Positions 38,797 through 48,670 of a stretch of 64,000 bases of DNA are shown piece by piece (the stretch's first letter is position 1; the number at the start of each line of letters is the position of its first letter). Under the pieces are notes generated by a model. It was not told the origin of the DNA and ran no database searches. It saw nothing but the letters and a program-made list of their open reading frames with translations. Where the stretch lies: positions 1,886-65,885 of the forward strand of contig CAZXFH010000011.1 of assembly GCA_964640055.1 (NCBI GenBank), written 5' to 3'. The translations under genes and the position numbers were made by a program. This DNA comes from an uncultured bacterium (lineage in GTDB: Bacteria > Fidelibacterota > UBA2242 > JAFGTP01).

Positions 38797-40164
38797 CTAT
38801 TCATTCGGCAGTTGAACACCTTGTTCCCGGTATTGATTTAACTTGTTGCGCAGGGTTCTGACACTGATATCCAAAATTTTCGCCGCTTGGGTTCGATTAT
38901 TTTTAGTTCTTTTTAAGGTTCGTAAAATCAGATTCTTCTCCATCTCTTCGATGGAAATATTTTCATTAACCACTTCATTCTGTTCTAAATTAATAGGGTC
39001 AGATTCCAGATAAAAATGTTCCAGTCTTAATTTATCCTCTTTCCCTGAGTATAAAATACCTCTTTCAACCAGATTCTCCAGCTGGCGCACATTCCCCGGC
39101 CACTTTTTCTTTATCAGGACTTCGAGAACCTCCGCATCCACTTCTTTCTTTTTGTATTTATATTTTTCTTGAAATTTCTTGATGAAATGGTCAATCAGGA
39201 CCGGTATATCTTCCGGCCGATTCCTCAGGGGAGCCACTTTGATGGGAAACACATTTAAACGGAAAAAGAGATCGGAACGAAATTTTTTCTCCCTGATTAG
39301 CTGGTGTAGATCCCGATTGGTGGTGGCAATGACCCGAACATCGATGGGAATTTCCTTGGCACTGCCTACCCGGGTAATTTTATCTTCCTGTAATACCCTT
39401 AATAATTTGGCCTGCATGGAAGAAGGGATCTCACTAATTTCATCCAGAAGTAGGGTTCCGTTCTGCGCCTCTTCAAAAAGACCTTTATTGGTCTTAATGG
39501 CATGCGTGAAGGCTCCCTTTTCATGACCAAACAGCGTGCTTTCAAACAGGGTTTCTGGAATAGCCGGACAATTAATCCTAATAAAGGGATTGTTTTTACG
39601 ATGACTATTATCATGGATGGCCTGGGAAATTAATTCCTTTCCGGTACCACTTTCACCCTGTAAGAAAACCGGGGCATCACTTTCAGCCACCACTTCAATT
39701 TGCTCATAAATTAAACGCATTTGATCGCTATTACCAACCAGATGGTTATATTTATTTTCATAAGAGAGTTTTTGCCGTAATTGTTTGTTCTCGGCCTTTA
39801 ATCCTTCATATTCAAAATAGCGTTCAATCCGGGAATTAATTTGTGAGATGGAAAAAGGTTTGGTAATAAAATCAAAGGCACCTTTTTTCAAAGCCTCGAC
39901 AGCGGTTTTGATCGTACCGTAGGCCGTGATAATCATAAAACCGACCACATTGTCAAACTCTTTCACTTTTTCCATTAACTTAATGCCGTTAATGCCAGGC
40001 ATTACCAGATCGGTAATAATAAGGTCAAATTTATTTTTCTCTGCAATTGCTAGGCCTTCCTCACCACTTCTCGCAATTTTTACCTGATAATTATGACGTT
40101 CCAGCGCTTGCTTCATTATCGATCGAATACTATAGTCATCATCGACGACTAAAATCTTATACAT
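38797..40164 (-). CDS. sigma54-dependent response regulator (REC-AAA+-HTH; FlgR/FlrC/FleR-like flagellar activator)
   Basis: REC domain, GESGTGKE, LFGHEKGAFTHA, WPGNVRQL, Fis HTH ISVRTLRNKL; adjacent to flgB. Confidence 0.95.
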   Translation of the reverse strand: MYKILVVDDDYSIRSIMKQALERHNYQVKIARSGEEGLAIAEKNKFDLIITDLVMPGINGIKLMEKVKEFDNVVGFMIITAYGTIKTAVEALKKGAFDFITKPFSISQINSRIERYFEYEGLKAENKQLRQKLSYENKYNHLVGNSDQMRLIYEQIEVVAESDAPVFLQGESGTGKELISQAIHDNSHRKNNPFIRINCPAIPETLFESTLFGHEKGAFTHAIKTNKGLFEEAQNGTLLLDEISEIPSSMQAKLLRVLQEDKITRVGSAKEIPIDVRVIATTNRDLHQLIREKKFRSDLFFRLNVFPIKVAPLRNRPEDIPVLIDHFIKKFQEKYKYKKKEVDAEVLEVLIKKKWPGNVRQLENLVERGILYSGKEDKLRLEHFYLESDPINLEQNEVVNENISIEEMEKNLILRTLKRTKNNRTQAAKILDISVRTLRNKLNQYREQGVQLPNE

Positions 40165-40309
40165 GCAGACTCCTCATGAAAAATAATCGAGAATGGTGAC
40201 TAAAATTAACACAACCTCTGCCTTCATCACAAGAAAGAATTAGCACCGCAGGATAAAACGTCCGCTTAAATCCAGAGAAAGGCTGACCCTTCCCCACACA
40301 AAATCCCTC

Positions 40310-40921
40310 CTATTTTGACGATTTTTTTTCCGGTGACTGAATTTGGTCCGGATAGTTTTGATGTTGCTTATAGGAATTAATGATTTTTTTATTTACCCGC
40401 GGTTTTTTTGCCACTGGTTGACTATCCCGGCGAGGCGGACCGATCAATTTGCGTATCTCCAGTTTAAGGGCATCATTTTCTTTTTGTAAAGCTGTTGCTC
40501 TGGCTTGGTAATGGTCTTTCTGTCTAAGCAACTCAGCATGCTGAAAGGCGCGATTAATGGCAATCAGTAACTGTTGGATTCGGAAGGGTTTAATAATGTA
40601 GTCATAGATCTGGTTTTGAAGAACATTCAGGACATTGCGGACCTCGGGATAGCCTGTCATGAGGATAATAACTATTTTGGGATACATTGAAACGATTTTT
40701 TTACTGAGCGCTAGGCCATTGATATCCGGGAGACGAATATCTATCAAGGCAAAACTAACCGGATTATTATTCAAAATCGCTAGGGCTTGTGCTCCCTTTT
40801 CAGCAGTAATTAGCTTATATCCATGTTGTCCTAGACCACGACGGATATATTCCAATATTTCCTTATTATCATCAACGACCAATATTGTTTTCTGAACTGT
40901 TTTGTCTTTTTCCGCGGTCAT
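40310..40921 (-). CDS. Response regulator (REC + coiled-coil tail)
   Basis: VVDD, DIRLP, MTG, KPF motifs; no recognisable output domain. Confidence 0.9.
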   Translation of the reverse strand: MTAEKDKTVQKTILVVDDNKEILEYIRRGLGQHGYKLITAEKGAQALAILNNNPVSFALIDIRLPDINGLALSKKIVSMYPKIVIILMTGYPEVRNVLNVLQNQIYDYIIKPFRIQQLLIAINRAFQHAELLRQKDHYQARATALQKENDALKLEIRKLIGPPRRDSQPVAKKPRVNKKIINSYKQHQNYPDQIQSPEKKSSK

Positions 40922-42318
40922 AACCCTTTCTCGGGGTCCCTCTGTTTATTAATAAAGATATTAGTAGATCCACTGTAGAACTTTTGTTTCATACTATTCA
41001 GAATTTCAGAAAATGTCTGCCCATCCTTGGGATAAGCAGCAATAGTATAATTAACCGATAAGACCGGGTCACTATTGTCGGCACTAAATAAGTCTTCAAC
41101 CCCGGTTCTAATATTGGCGCAGGTAAGTTCAGCCTCAACCGGGCTGCTTTCAAACAGAACAATAAAAACCGAATCAAAACTCTGCCAGACGATATCAGCT
41201 TGTTTCTGAATTTCAGAATTGATGATTTGGTCTAACTTCTGATGTAAATTATCATAGTTGGCCTCTAGCGGTAATCCGCCCCTGGGAATGATTTTCAGCT
41301 GGATATAATAAATATTCCTGTTTTTCTGCTTACCTTCTGAGATGGAATCTTCAATCAGGCTGCGGGTAATATGCTCTAAATCCTGGATTTTATGATCATC
41401 CTTCTCAGTGGCAATGTTTTGTGATATGAAAATCGGTGCGGTTTGGGTTGCTAATATTTTCAACAACTTAAGTTCATCTTCAATAGAAAGATATTGATCC
41501 CGCACATTGAACAAACAAAAATAGCCTAATAATCTATTCCTAAAAGAGATGGGTAAAAAGACACAATTTATTAAACCAGTTTCCATTTCATAACGGTGCC
41601 CATTTATCTGTAGCTGCTTGCCAATAGCTTCGATCATGGTCGGTTCATGTTCCTTAAGAGCAACCCCATTGATCTTACTGGTAGGGTCTATCGTTAAATT
41701 TTTACTAAAGTCATCCTCCAAGCCACGGGACTTATGGATTTTATATTGCTGATTATTATCATTGCCAAGCAAGATAGCGACCTTTTCGATCCTTAGACCT
41801 TCCGTTATGGTATCCAGGATCATATTAATAATCTCATTGAAATCATTGACCTGATAGAGTAATGAACTGATATCAAAGAGGGTCGTAACATAATTCAGCA
41901 TTCTTTTAATGCGTTCATTGAGTTTCTCATTCTCGCGCTTTAGAATAATTTTTTCCGCCGCACGATTAATAACGCCTTCTAATTCCGTGAATCTGAATGG
42001 CTTACGAATATAATCATAAACGCCATATTGAATCGCTTCAATCGCAGAATCAGTGGTGGCAAAACCGGTTATGATTAAAATCAAGGCTTCTTTATTGGTT
42101 TCTTTGACCATTTTGATAATATCCATGCCGGAAACTTGCGGCATTTTCAAATCCGTGATCACCATATCGTAGGACTTGGTTTTGACAAGTTTTACAGCCT
42201 CATTAGGGTCACTTTCGCCATCTATATTAAAGCCGCAGTTGGTTAAATAATGGGAGAGTTGTTCAACAATCATCTCTTCATCGTCAACCAAAAGAATATT
42301 AATATCTTCTTTTTTCAT
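40918..42318 (-). CDS. Response regulator with REC, GAF-like and degenerate GGDEF-like domains
   Basis: LVDD/DLKMP/KPF; GAF-like middle; C-terminus with IAAYPKDG but SFDSV at the GGDEF position. Confidence 0.8.
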   Translation of the reverse strand: MKKEDINILLVDDEEMIVEQLSHYLTNCGFNIDGESDPNEAVKLVKTKSYDMVITDLKMPQVSGMDIIKMVKETNKEALILIITGFATTDSAIEAIQYGVYDYIRKPFRFTELEGVINRAAEKIILKRENEKLNERIKRMLNYVTTLFDISSLLYQVNDFNEIINMILDTITEGLRIEKVAILLGNDNNQQYKIHKSRGLEDDFSKNLTIDPTSKINGVALKEHEPTMIEAIGKQLQINGHRYEMETGLINCVFLPISFRNRLLGYFCLFNVRDQYLSIEDELKLLKILATQTAPIFISQNIATEKDDHKIQDLEHITRSLIEDSISEGKQKNRNIYYIQLKIIPRGGLPLEANYDNLHQKLDQIINSEIQKQADIVWQSFDSVFIVLFESSPVEAELTCANIRTGVEDLFSADNSDPVLSVNYTIAAYPKDGQTFSEILNSMKQKFYSGSTNIFINKQRDPEKGL

Positions 42319-42334
42319 TACTTTACCTTTGTTT

Positions 42335-43720
42335 TTAAAGCTTTTCGATAATAATACTATCGGAATCCCGCAAGATTTTTACGCCCTGATATAGTTTTTC
42401 AATATGATGTTCCATTTGTCCAATGGTGACCCGTACACCTTGGTGAAGTTTGCCTTCTACAATAATCGCACTATCGGAATAAGTTTCTTCATCGCTTGTA
42501 TTTAAGTCTTCCTGCTGCGCTTTAATGGCGTTTAATCGTTCCTGCAGATCCTTGGCCTTTGCGACCACTTCAGCCAAGTCACTTTCTTTTTGGGGCGATA
42601 AACCACCTAACCGTTTTCTTAATAGATTCAGGAACTTAACTTTTTTGGTAACCAAAGCCAATTCTGTGGCAACTGTTTTTTCATCCTGTAAGAGCTGCTT
42701 AAACTTAGTGTCAACATTGGAATAATTATAGCTCTCCAGACCAATTTCTGTGGGAATTTTATGGATTGAGCCAATTTCCTTGCCTTTAATACCCCTTTCC
42801 CCGTGCACTTTTCCACCGCGAATCAAGCCCTCATTTTCGGTTAAGAGGACCTCTTCCCCAGCATATATATCACTATTGATGGTATAGTGCTTAATGAAAA
42901 CCTTCTTATTTATATTTACTCGGGCATCCTGTATATATCCGCAATGAAGGTTACCACCGGCTAAAATATAGGCTCTGCCTTTGCCAACGATACCACGACC
43001 GATGTGAATATCTCCATTACGACAATAAATATGAGCTGCCTCCACATTACCATCAATAGTAATACCATCCGATGCTTCCACTCTGAAACCGGAACGGACA
43101 TCCCCTTTAATATGAATTTTGCCTTTATATTTTACATTTCCGGTGCTGAAATCCACATCTCCGGATATTCGATATACATCTTTAATGATAATTTTTCCAT
43201 TTTCATACACCAAATGGCCATCAGCGGTGGCACTTAGGGTCAAGCCGTCATCTGAAATAGCCACATTCTTACCTTCGGGCAGGGGCACCTCTTTTCCCTG
43301 TACTTCAACCGTTTCACCGGTAACTGTTTTCCCGGGCACACCCCTAGAGGCAGGGATCTTAGTAACAATATCATCGCCTTTATTAATTTGCAAAATCTTG
43401 CGGGTCCCCCAGTAATCCGCTTTACCGCTTTCATCTATTATCGGCCGTGGGGAGCGATTAGAATCAATATGCCAAATCAGACGACCATCTTGGCCTCCTT
43501 CAGGCAGATCTCCCGCAGCGATTTGAAAAAAATTGATCCGTCGTTTTCTCTTAATCAGCCGTTCCAAAACCGCCTCATCAATTCCATATACCACTCCGGA
43601 TTCTTTTAGGGCGGACTTAATTTCTTCTAAGGAGGGAAATGCATCACCTTCATTGTCAATGGTTATAAAGGCTCTCATTTTGTCGTCAGCTAGGATTACA
43701 TCTATTTTCGGCTTAGCCAA
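42335..43720 (-). CDS. fapA: FapA/DUF342 family protein
   Basis: L...GVVYGID, G.TVTG, DVDFSTGNV.Y.G...I.GDV..GF, IRGG motifs. Confidence 0.9.
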   Translation of the reverse strand: MAKPKIDVILADDKMRAFITIDNEGDAFPSLEEIKSALKESGVVYGIDEAVLERLIKRKRRINFFQIAAGDLPEGGQDGRLIWHIDSNRSPRPIIDESGKADYWGTRKILQINKGDDIVTKIPASRGVPGKTVTGETVEVQGKEVPLPEGKNVAISDDGLTLSATADGHLVYENGKIIIKDVYRISGDVDFSTGNVKYKGKIHIKGDVRSGFRVEASDGITIDGNVEAAHIYCRNGDIHIGRGIVGKGRAYILAGGNLHCGYIQDARVNINKKVFIKHYTINSDIYAGEEVLLTENEGLIRGGKVHGERGIKGKEIGSIHKIPTEIGLESYNYSNVDTKFKQLLQDEKTVATELALVTKKVKFLNLLRKRLGGLSPQKESDLAEVVAKAKDLQERLNAIKAQQEDLNTSDEETYSDSAIIVEGKLHQGVRVTIGQMEHHIEKLYQGVKILRDSDSIIIEKL

Positions 43721-43740
43721 TACAATCCCCTATGATAATA

Positions 43741-43998
43741 TTACTGTTTATATTCAAAAATGATACGCGCTCGATGTCCACATCTGCATTTATAAACCAC
43801 TCCAATTATTTCATTGTTTTCAATGATGGGATCTAGCGCTTCTTCCTGATGTTTACTTTGCTTTGCCTTCTCTGTGGTTACCCTAATCGGGTTACTTAGA
43901 TGAACTCTGTCGCCCTTTATTACCTTGGAAGTGTTTTTTTGGACGGAGCTCATTTTGACAGGTTTAACCAAATTCTTATGTTGTTTCTGCTCGCTCAT
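43741..43998 (-). CDS. Small hypothetical protein with C-terminal CxCG motif
   Basis: 85 aa, ends YKCRCGHRARIIFEYKQ; packed in the operon. Confidence 0.7.
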   Translation of the reverse strand: MSEQKQHKNLVKPVKMSSVQKNTSKVIKGDRVHLSNPIRVTTEKAKQSKHQEEALDPIIENNEIIGVVYKCRCGHRARIIFEYKQ

Positions 43999-44035
43999 CT
44001 GCTTACTTCCGTAGCATTAATAGGCTACTCACCAC

Positions 44036-44659
44036 TTACTCAAATAATTTATCAATATCATCCTGGCTAATCTTACTTTCCCGGATTTTATCTTCCGTTT
44101 CCTTATCAAGATCTTCACTGCGTTTTTGCATATCCGTCTCATGAATACTTTCCGTAATTTCCTGCATCATTTTTTTACCCACAGTGGTGCGCATCTCAAC
44201 TTTTTTAGTACTGTCTGCCAACTCTTGAAACTTTTTATAAATAGCATTCAAAATACGGTCGGCATGTTCCAGCTTCTGGGCTGTAATATCCTGAAATTGG
44301 AGAGCATAAATGATATTATTCACTTCATCTTGAACTTCGGCAATAGTTTGTTTCTCCTGTTTGCCCAAACTATTATCTAATTGATTCAATTTTTCAGATA
44401 TAGTATCTAATCTATCCAATATTTCATGGGTTGCCATTTCCGTGGTCTGATCAACATCCCGGATGCGATCCGAGGCATCGGGTAGCTTTCGGGAGCCATC
44501 ACTCAAGGAACAATTGGCTTCTTTCATCAACGGCATAATATCCTGCATAAAACCAAATAGATCCGATAAAAAAGGAATGACTTCATCGCCTATTTTCAAA
44601 AAATCACGCATTTCATCGATCTTGTCAAGCACCCGATTCAAGCCCACTTTTGCGGTCAT
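44036..44659 (-). CDS. cheZ: CheZ-family phosphatase
   Basis: TE.AT..ILD, ALQFQDITAQK (DxxxQ), C-terminal SQDDIDKLF CheY-binding peptide. Confidence 0.92.
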   Translation of the reverse strand: MTAKVGLNRVLDKIDEMRDFLKIGDEVIPFLSDLFGFMQDIMPLMKEANCSLSDGSRKLPDASDRIRDVDQTTEMATHEILDRLDTISEKLNQLDNSLGKQEKQTIAEVQDEVNNIIYALQFQDITAQKLEHADRILNAIYKKFQELADSTKKVEMRTTVGKKMMQEITESIHETDMQKRSEDLDKETEDKIRESKISQDDIDKLFE

Positions 44660-44680
44660 AACTCCTCCTGGAATGCATGC

Positions 44681-45055
44681 TCATTTCTTTAATGCTTTCA
44701 TGATTTTATTCTTCAGTACATCGGGTGTAAAGGGTTTCACCACGTAACCATTTACGCCCATCTTCACAGCGGTGACGACATCCTCTTTTGTGCCCCGCGT
44801 GGTCACCATTAAAACTGGAATATCCTTGTACTCGTCGGTTGATTTTAGCTCCCTGACCAGTTGCTCGCCATTCATCTCAGGCATATTCCAATCAGCCAAG
44901 ATCAGATCTACTTTATTATCTTCTAATTTTTTTAAGGCATCCACTCCATTCTCTGCCTCCATCAGGTCGGTGAAACCAATTTTCTGTAGGGAATTACTCA
45001 TGATTCTACGCATAGTGGGTGAGTCGTCTACAAATAATACCTTAAGTTCATCCAT
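44681..45055 (-). CDS. cheY: Chemotaxis response regulator CheY
   Basis: VDDSPTMRRI, DWNMP, VTT, YVVKPFT; upstream of cheZ. Confidence 0.96.
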   Translation of the reverse strand: MDELKVLFVDDSPTMRRIMSNSLQKIGFTDLMEAENGVDALKKLEDNKVDLILADWNMPEMNGEQLVRELKSTDEYKDIPVLMVTTRGTKEDVVTAVKMGVNGYVVKPFTPDVLKNKIMKALKK

Positions 45056-45177
45056 AGGAAATCCTCTATTTATTTCGACTTAAAAACAAGGGGTGTTAAC
45101 CGCAAAAGGATTAATAAACATAATTTTAAATTGTCTAGCCAACATAAATAAATCGCTGCTCTTCCCAACGGGATGTG

Positions 45178-45193
45178 AACAAATATCTTGCCA
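45178..45193 (-). promoter_or_regulatory. Possible sigma54-type promoter for the cheY operon
   Basis: Minus strand TGGCAAGATATTTGTT (GG-N10-GT); weaker -12 box. Confidence 0.4.
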
Positions 45194-45300
45194 TTCTATC
45201 TCTCCAGCCAGACACACACCCCAGACTAATACACCGGATAATATATCTATATTTGACCGGAATTACCAAAACCAAAGTATGCGTTGGAAAAACTTAACTA

Positions 45301-45331
45301 GGCAATTTTTTCCGTTGCCGAAAATATTTCC
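45301..45331. promoter_or_regulatory. Tandem putative enhancer sites in the divergent cheY/cheA region
   Basis: GGCAATTTTTTCC (45301-45313) and CGAAAATATTTCC (45319-45331), 18 bp apart as at flgF. Confidence 0.65.
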
Positions 45332-45511
45332 TTGCTTACGGCTGCATACTAATAACCGATATGTTGTTTTCGCCTCCCCTTATACTCTATTAAAAATATT
45401 CTTTTAAGTCAACTTTCTCTCAAGGTATAGTCTATTTAAGAATGTCATTTATTTACTGGCTAAAACACAAATGGAACGGCCTGATTTTGTATAATTCAAA
45501 TCCCCCTGTCT

Positions 45512-45527
45512 TGGCTCGTTTTTTGAA
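45512..45527 (+). promoter_or_regulatory. sigma54-type promoter of the cheA operon (TTGA -12)
   Basis: TGGCTCGTTTTTTGAA = GG-N10-GA. Confidence 0.62.
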
Positions 45528-45633
45528 AAAAAACTACTGATAATTGAGTTAACCCGATTGATCTTATTTCTTTGCATTCATATGCACTGATAAAAACATT
45601 TAAAATGCAAATAGTCTGGAGGATTTGTTCGTG

Positions 45634-48114
45634 ATGGATAATATCCAAATTATTGAAAACTTATCAGAATCCATTGTCTTGCTGGATCAGGAAGACAAAC
45701 AGGCTCTGGGCGCAATCCACAATTTATTTGAGCAATTATCTAAAAACCTGGATGAGGCGCAGCTCGATACTATTATTCAAAACACACTGGCATTAATTGA
45801 AACCCTGATTTTAGATGAAACGGATAATCCGGATCATGAGATTGAGGTACTTAGTAAGACTATTTCTGCATTTCAACAATTGATCGGTGAGGAGATGCCT
45901 TTCTCAAAAATAAATTTTCCGGATAAAATCACAGGTTCCGATTCAGTGGGGCCATCATCAATACCGGACGAAACAGTTGATTCTGAGATTTTTTCCGAAT
46001 TTCTTTCCAAACAGGAATCGGTACTACAGGAAATGGAATCGTTGCTGATCGAACTGGAAAAATCCAATCAGAAAAAGGATTGGGATGCCTTAAAAGCGAT
46101 ACTGCATACCATGAAGGGCGAGTCTGCCATGATCGGGCTGGCTGATGTAGAGAAAAAATGTCACAATGCCGAAGACTTAATCTTAGAGGAAGCTCCTGAA
46201 GCACATATTAACGAGTTATTTGAACTAAAAGATTGGCTTGCCAATACTTTTAGTGATTTCTCGGAACAAAGTGAGGCCCCTGATGAGAGTGAGCCGGTAG
46301 AGACTGAGGCCGAAGAAACGGCAAAATCTGATCCTCCGGAGCGACAAGACATTGAAGACGCCGAATTACTGGCCGATTTCATTAATGAAGCTCAGGAACA
46401 CATAGAGACCCTGGATCAGGAATTACTTAATATTGAATCGGATGTAACCAACAGTGACAGCCTGAATAGTCTTTTCCGCGCTTTTCACACCATTAAAGGG
46501 GTAGCGGGTTTTCTCAACCTTGATGATATCCGGGAGTTATCCCACGCCTCAGAAGATCTTCTGGACAGCGCTCGTAAAGGAAAAATGGTATTAGAAAATA
46601 TCATAATAGATGTGGTTTTTGAGGCAGTTGATAAGTTAAAGGAGCTGTTGGCGGGATTGAGTTCCGGCCTTGCAGAGGGTAAGTATCCCCCCCGGGATCA
46701 AAAAGTACCACAATTAATTGAGCATATCCGGCAGCTGACGGCTGATGCCTTAGCGGGAAAGACAGAAACCGGTCGGGATTATTCCACTCCGGCAGAGGAG
46801 GGCCCAGCAAGGCAATTCTCTCCAAATAAACCTGAGGATACCAGTCCCGACACTAAAACTGAAGGAAAACCAGCACCTGCGACCAGCCCTAAAAAACCCG
46901 GTAAAGTCAAATTAAAAGAAACGCTAAAAATAGACGCTTTAAAATTAGATCGACTGGTAGATACGATCGGAGAACTAGTGATTGCCGAGTCCATGATCAG
47001 TCAATCGGAATATGTCGAAAAAATCGAATCCCTAAGCTTCGAAAAAAAATTGAATCGGCTGGATAAAATTACGCGTGAATTGCAGGAAATGGGGCTCTCA
47101 TTAAGGATGGTACCCGTGCGCTCCACATTCCAAAAAATGGCCCGTCTTGTCCGGGATTTATCCCGTAAATCGAATAAGCCCGTTGAGTTTATCATGACGG
47201 GCAAAGATACTGAACTGGATAAATCCGTAGTTGAAAAAATCGCCGATCCGCTGGTGCATTTATTACGCAATGCCGTTGATCATGGCATAGAAACTCCTCG
47301 GGAGCGCAAGTCGACTCAAAAACCTGCCAGAGGAAAGGTCGAATTGCGGGCCTTCCATAAAAGTGGGAAAATTTTTATCGAAGTGGAAGATGACGGGCGC
47401 GGGCTCGACCGGGAACGGATTATAAAAAAAGCCCTGGAACAGGGGGTCATTAATTCTGCTGATAATTTGAGTGACAGAGAGATCTGGAATCTGATCTTTG
47501 AGCCCGGTTTTTCCACCGCTCAAAAAGTGACTGATGTGTCCGGCCGTGGTGTGGGTATGGATGTGGTTCGTAAAAATATTGCGTCTCTGCGCGGTAAAAT
47601 TCAAATTGATTCCCAACAAGGTAAGGGCTCCATTTTTACCATACAGTTGCCTCTGACACTGGCCATTATCGACGGCATGATCATTAGCCTGGCCGATGAA
47701 CGGTTTATTATCCCCACTCTTTCAGTGGTCACTTCTCTGCGCATTAATAATGGCGAACTATCCACGGTGACGAATAAGGGTGAAGTAATTCAATTCCAGG
47801 ATGAACTGGTTCCGATATACAGACTAAAAGACTTCTTTAATATTAAGGATGCTCGTGACGATATATCCAAATCAATCGTGGTAATTGTAGAATCCGAGGG
47901 CAAACGAATTGGATTAGTAGCGGACACGCTCCTGGGACAACAACAAATTGTCATCAAATCATTGAGTGAAACCCTGCAAAATGTACCCGGTATTGCTGGG
48001 GGAGCGATCATGCCGGATGGAATGGTGGCCCTGATTTTGGATATCGGTGGAATGGCCAAACTATCACGAAAAAAAGCTAAAAAATCTACAGTAAGTGCCG
48101 ATAAATGCAATTAG
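45634..48114 (+). CDS. cheA: Chemotaxis kinase CheA with two HPt domains
   Basis: LHTMKG and FHTIKG HPt motifs, LVHLLRNAVDHG, DDGRG, GRGVGMD, CheW domain; start GTG 45631 or ATG 45634 after GGAGG. Confidence 0.98.
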   Translation: MDNIQIIENLSESIVLLDQEDKQALGAIHNLFEQLSKNLDEAQLDTIIQNTLALIETLILDETDNPDHEIEVLSKTISAFQQLIGEEMPFSKINFPDKITGSDSVGPSSIPDETVDSEIFSEFLSKQESVLQEMESLLIELEKSNQKKDWDALKAILHTMKGESAMIGLADVEKKCHNAEDLILEEAPEAHINELFELKDWLANTFSDFSEQSEAPDESEPVETEAEETAKSDPPERQDIEDAELLADFINEAQEHIETLDQELLNIESDVTNSDSLNSLFRAFHTIKGVAGFLNLDDIRELSHASEDLLDSARKGKMVLENIIIDVVFEAVDKLKELLAGLSSGLAEGKYPPRDQKVPQLIEHIRQLTADALAGKTETGRDYSTPAEEGPARQFSPNKPEDTSPDTKTEGKPAPATSPKKPGKVKLKETLKIDALKLDRLVDTIGELVIAESMISQSEYVEKIESLSFEKKLNRLDKITRELQEMGLSLRMVPVRSTFQKMARLVRDLSRKSNKPVEFIMTGKDTELDKSVVEKIADPLVHLLRNAVDHGIETPRERKSTQKPARGKVELRAFHKSGKIFIEVEDDGRGLDRERIIKKALEQGVINSADNLSDREIWNLIFEPGFSTAQKVTDVSGRGVGMDVVRKNIASLRGKIQIDSQQGKGSIFTIQLPLTLAIIDGMIISLADERFIIPTLSVVTSLRINNGELSTVTNKGEVIQFQDELVPIYRLKDFFNIKDARDDISKSIVVIVESEGKRIGLVADTLLGQQQIVIKSLSETLQNVPGIAGGAIMPDGMVALILDIGGMAKLSRKKAKKSTVSADKCN

Positions 48115-48130
48115 AACGGGGGATTGTTAC

Positions 48131-48670
48131 ATGCCGACCAAAGAAAACAAGCCAGCTCGGTTAGCTGGAAAGTATCTTACTTTCAAGCTCGATGAGGAAG
48201 AATATGGTATTGAAATTTTAAAGGTGATCGAAATTATCGGTCTCCAGAAAATAACACCGGTACCACGTACACCAGATTACGTTAAAGGCGTCATCAATTT
48301 ACGCGGTATTATACATCCGGTAATGGATTTAAAGAAAAAATTCGGGATGACAGATACTGAGTATACAGATCAAACCTGCATTATCGTCGTTACTATCGAA
48401 AAAGATGACTCTAAAGAACAAATCGGTGTACTGGTAGACAGTGTCTCCGAAGTGGTGGATATCGGTGCAGGCGAAATAGAGGAAGTACCACATATGGGTA
48501 ACAATCTGAACGCCGATTTTATTACGGGAATGGCTAAGGACAAAGAAAACGAATCAGTAAAGATCCTGTTAAATGTTGAAAAAATTCTCAGTAAAGTAGA
48601 GTTTGATAACCTTTCCAAAATATCCACTCCGGCAGAAGCTAAAAAGAATAGAAAAAACCAGGAGGATTAA
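48131..48670 (+). CDS. cheW: Coupling protein CheW
   Basis: YLTF.L..EEYGI, GVINLRG, G.LVDSV.EV; start at ATG 48131. Confidence 0.97.
   Translation: MPTKENKPARLAGKYLTFKLDEEEYGIEILKVIEIIGLQKITPVPRTPDYVKGVINLRGIIHPVMDLKKKFGMTDTEYTDQTCIIVVTIEKDDSKEQIGVLVDSVSEVVDIGAGEIEEVPHMGNNLNADFITGMAKDKENESVKILLNVEKILSKVEFDNLSKISTPAEAKKNRKNQED

Noticed and set aside
136-45407. Many short ORFs antisense to the flagellar genes, plus intergenic ORFs 136-399 and 45093-45407
   Set aside because: They are shadows of well-supported genes or overlap regulatory DNA, and show no protein motifs.
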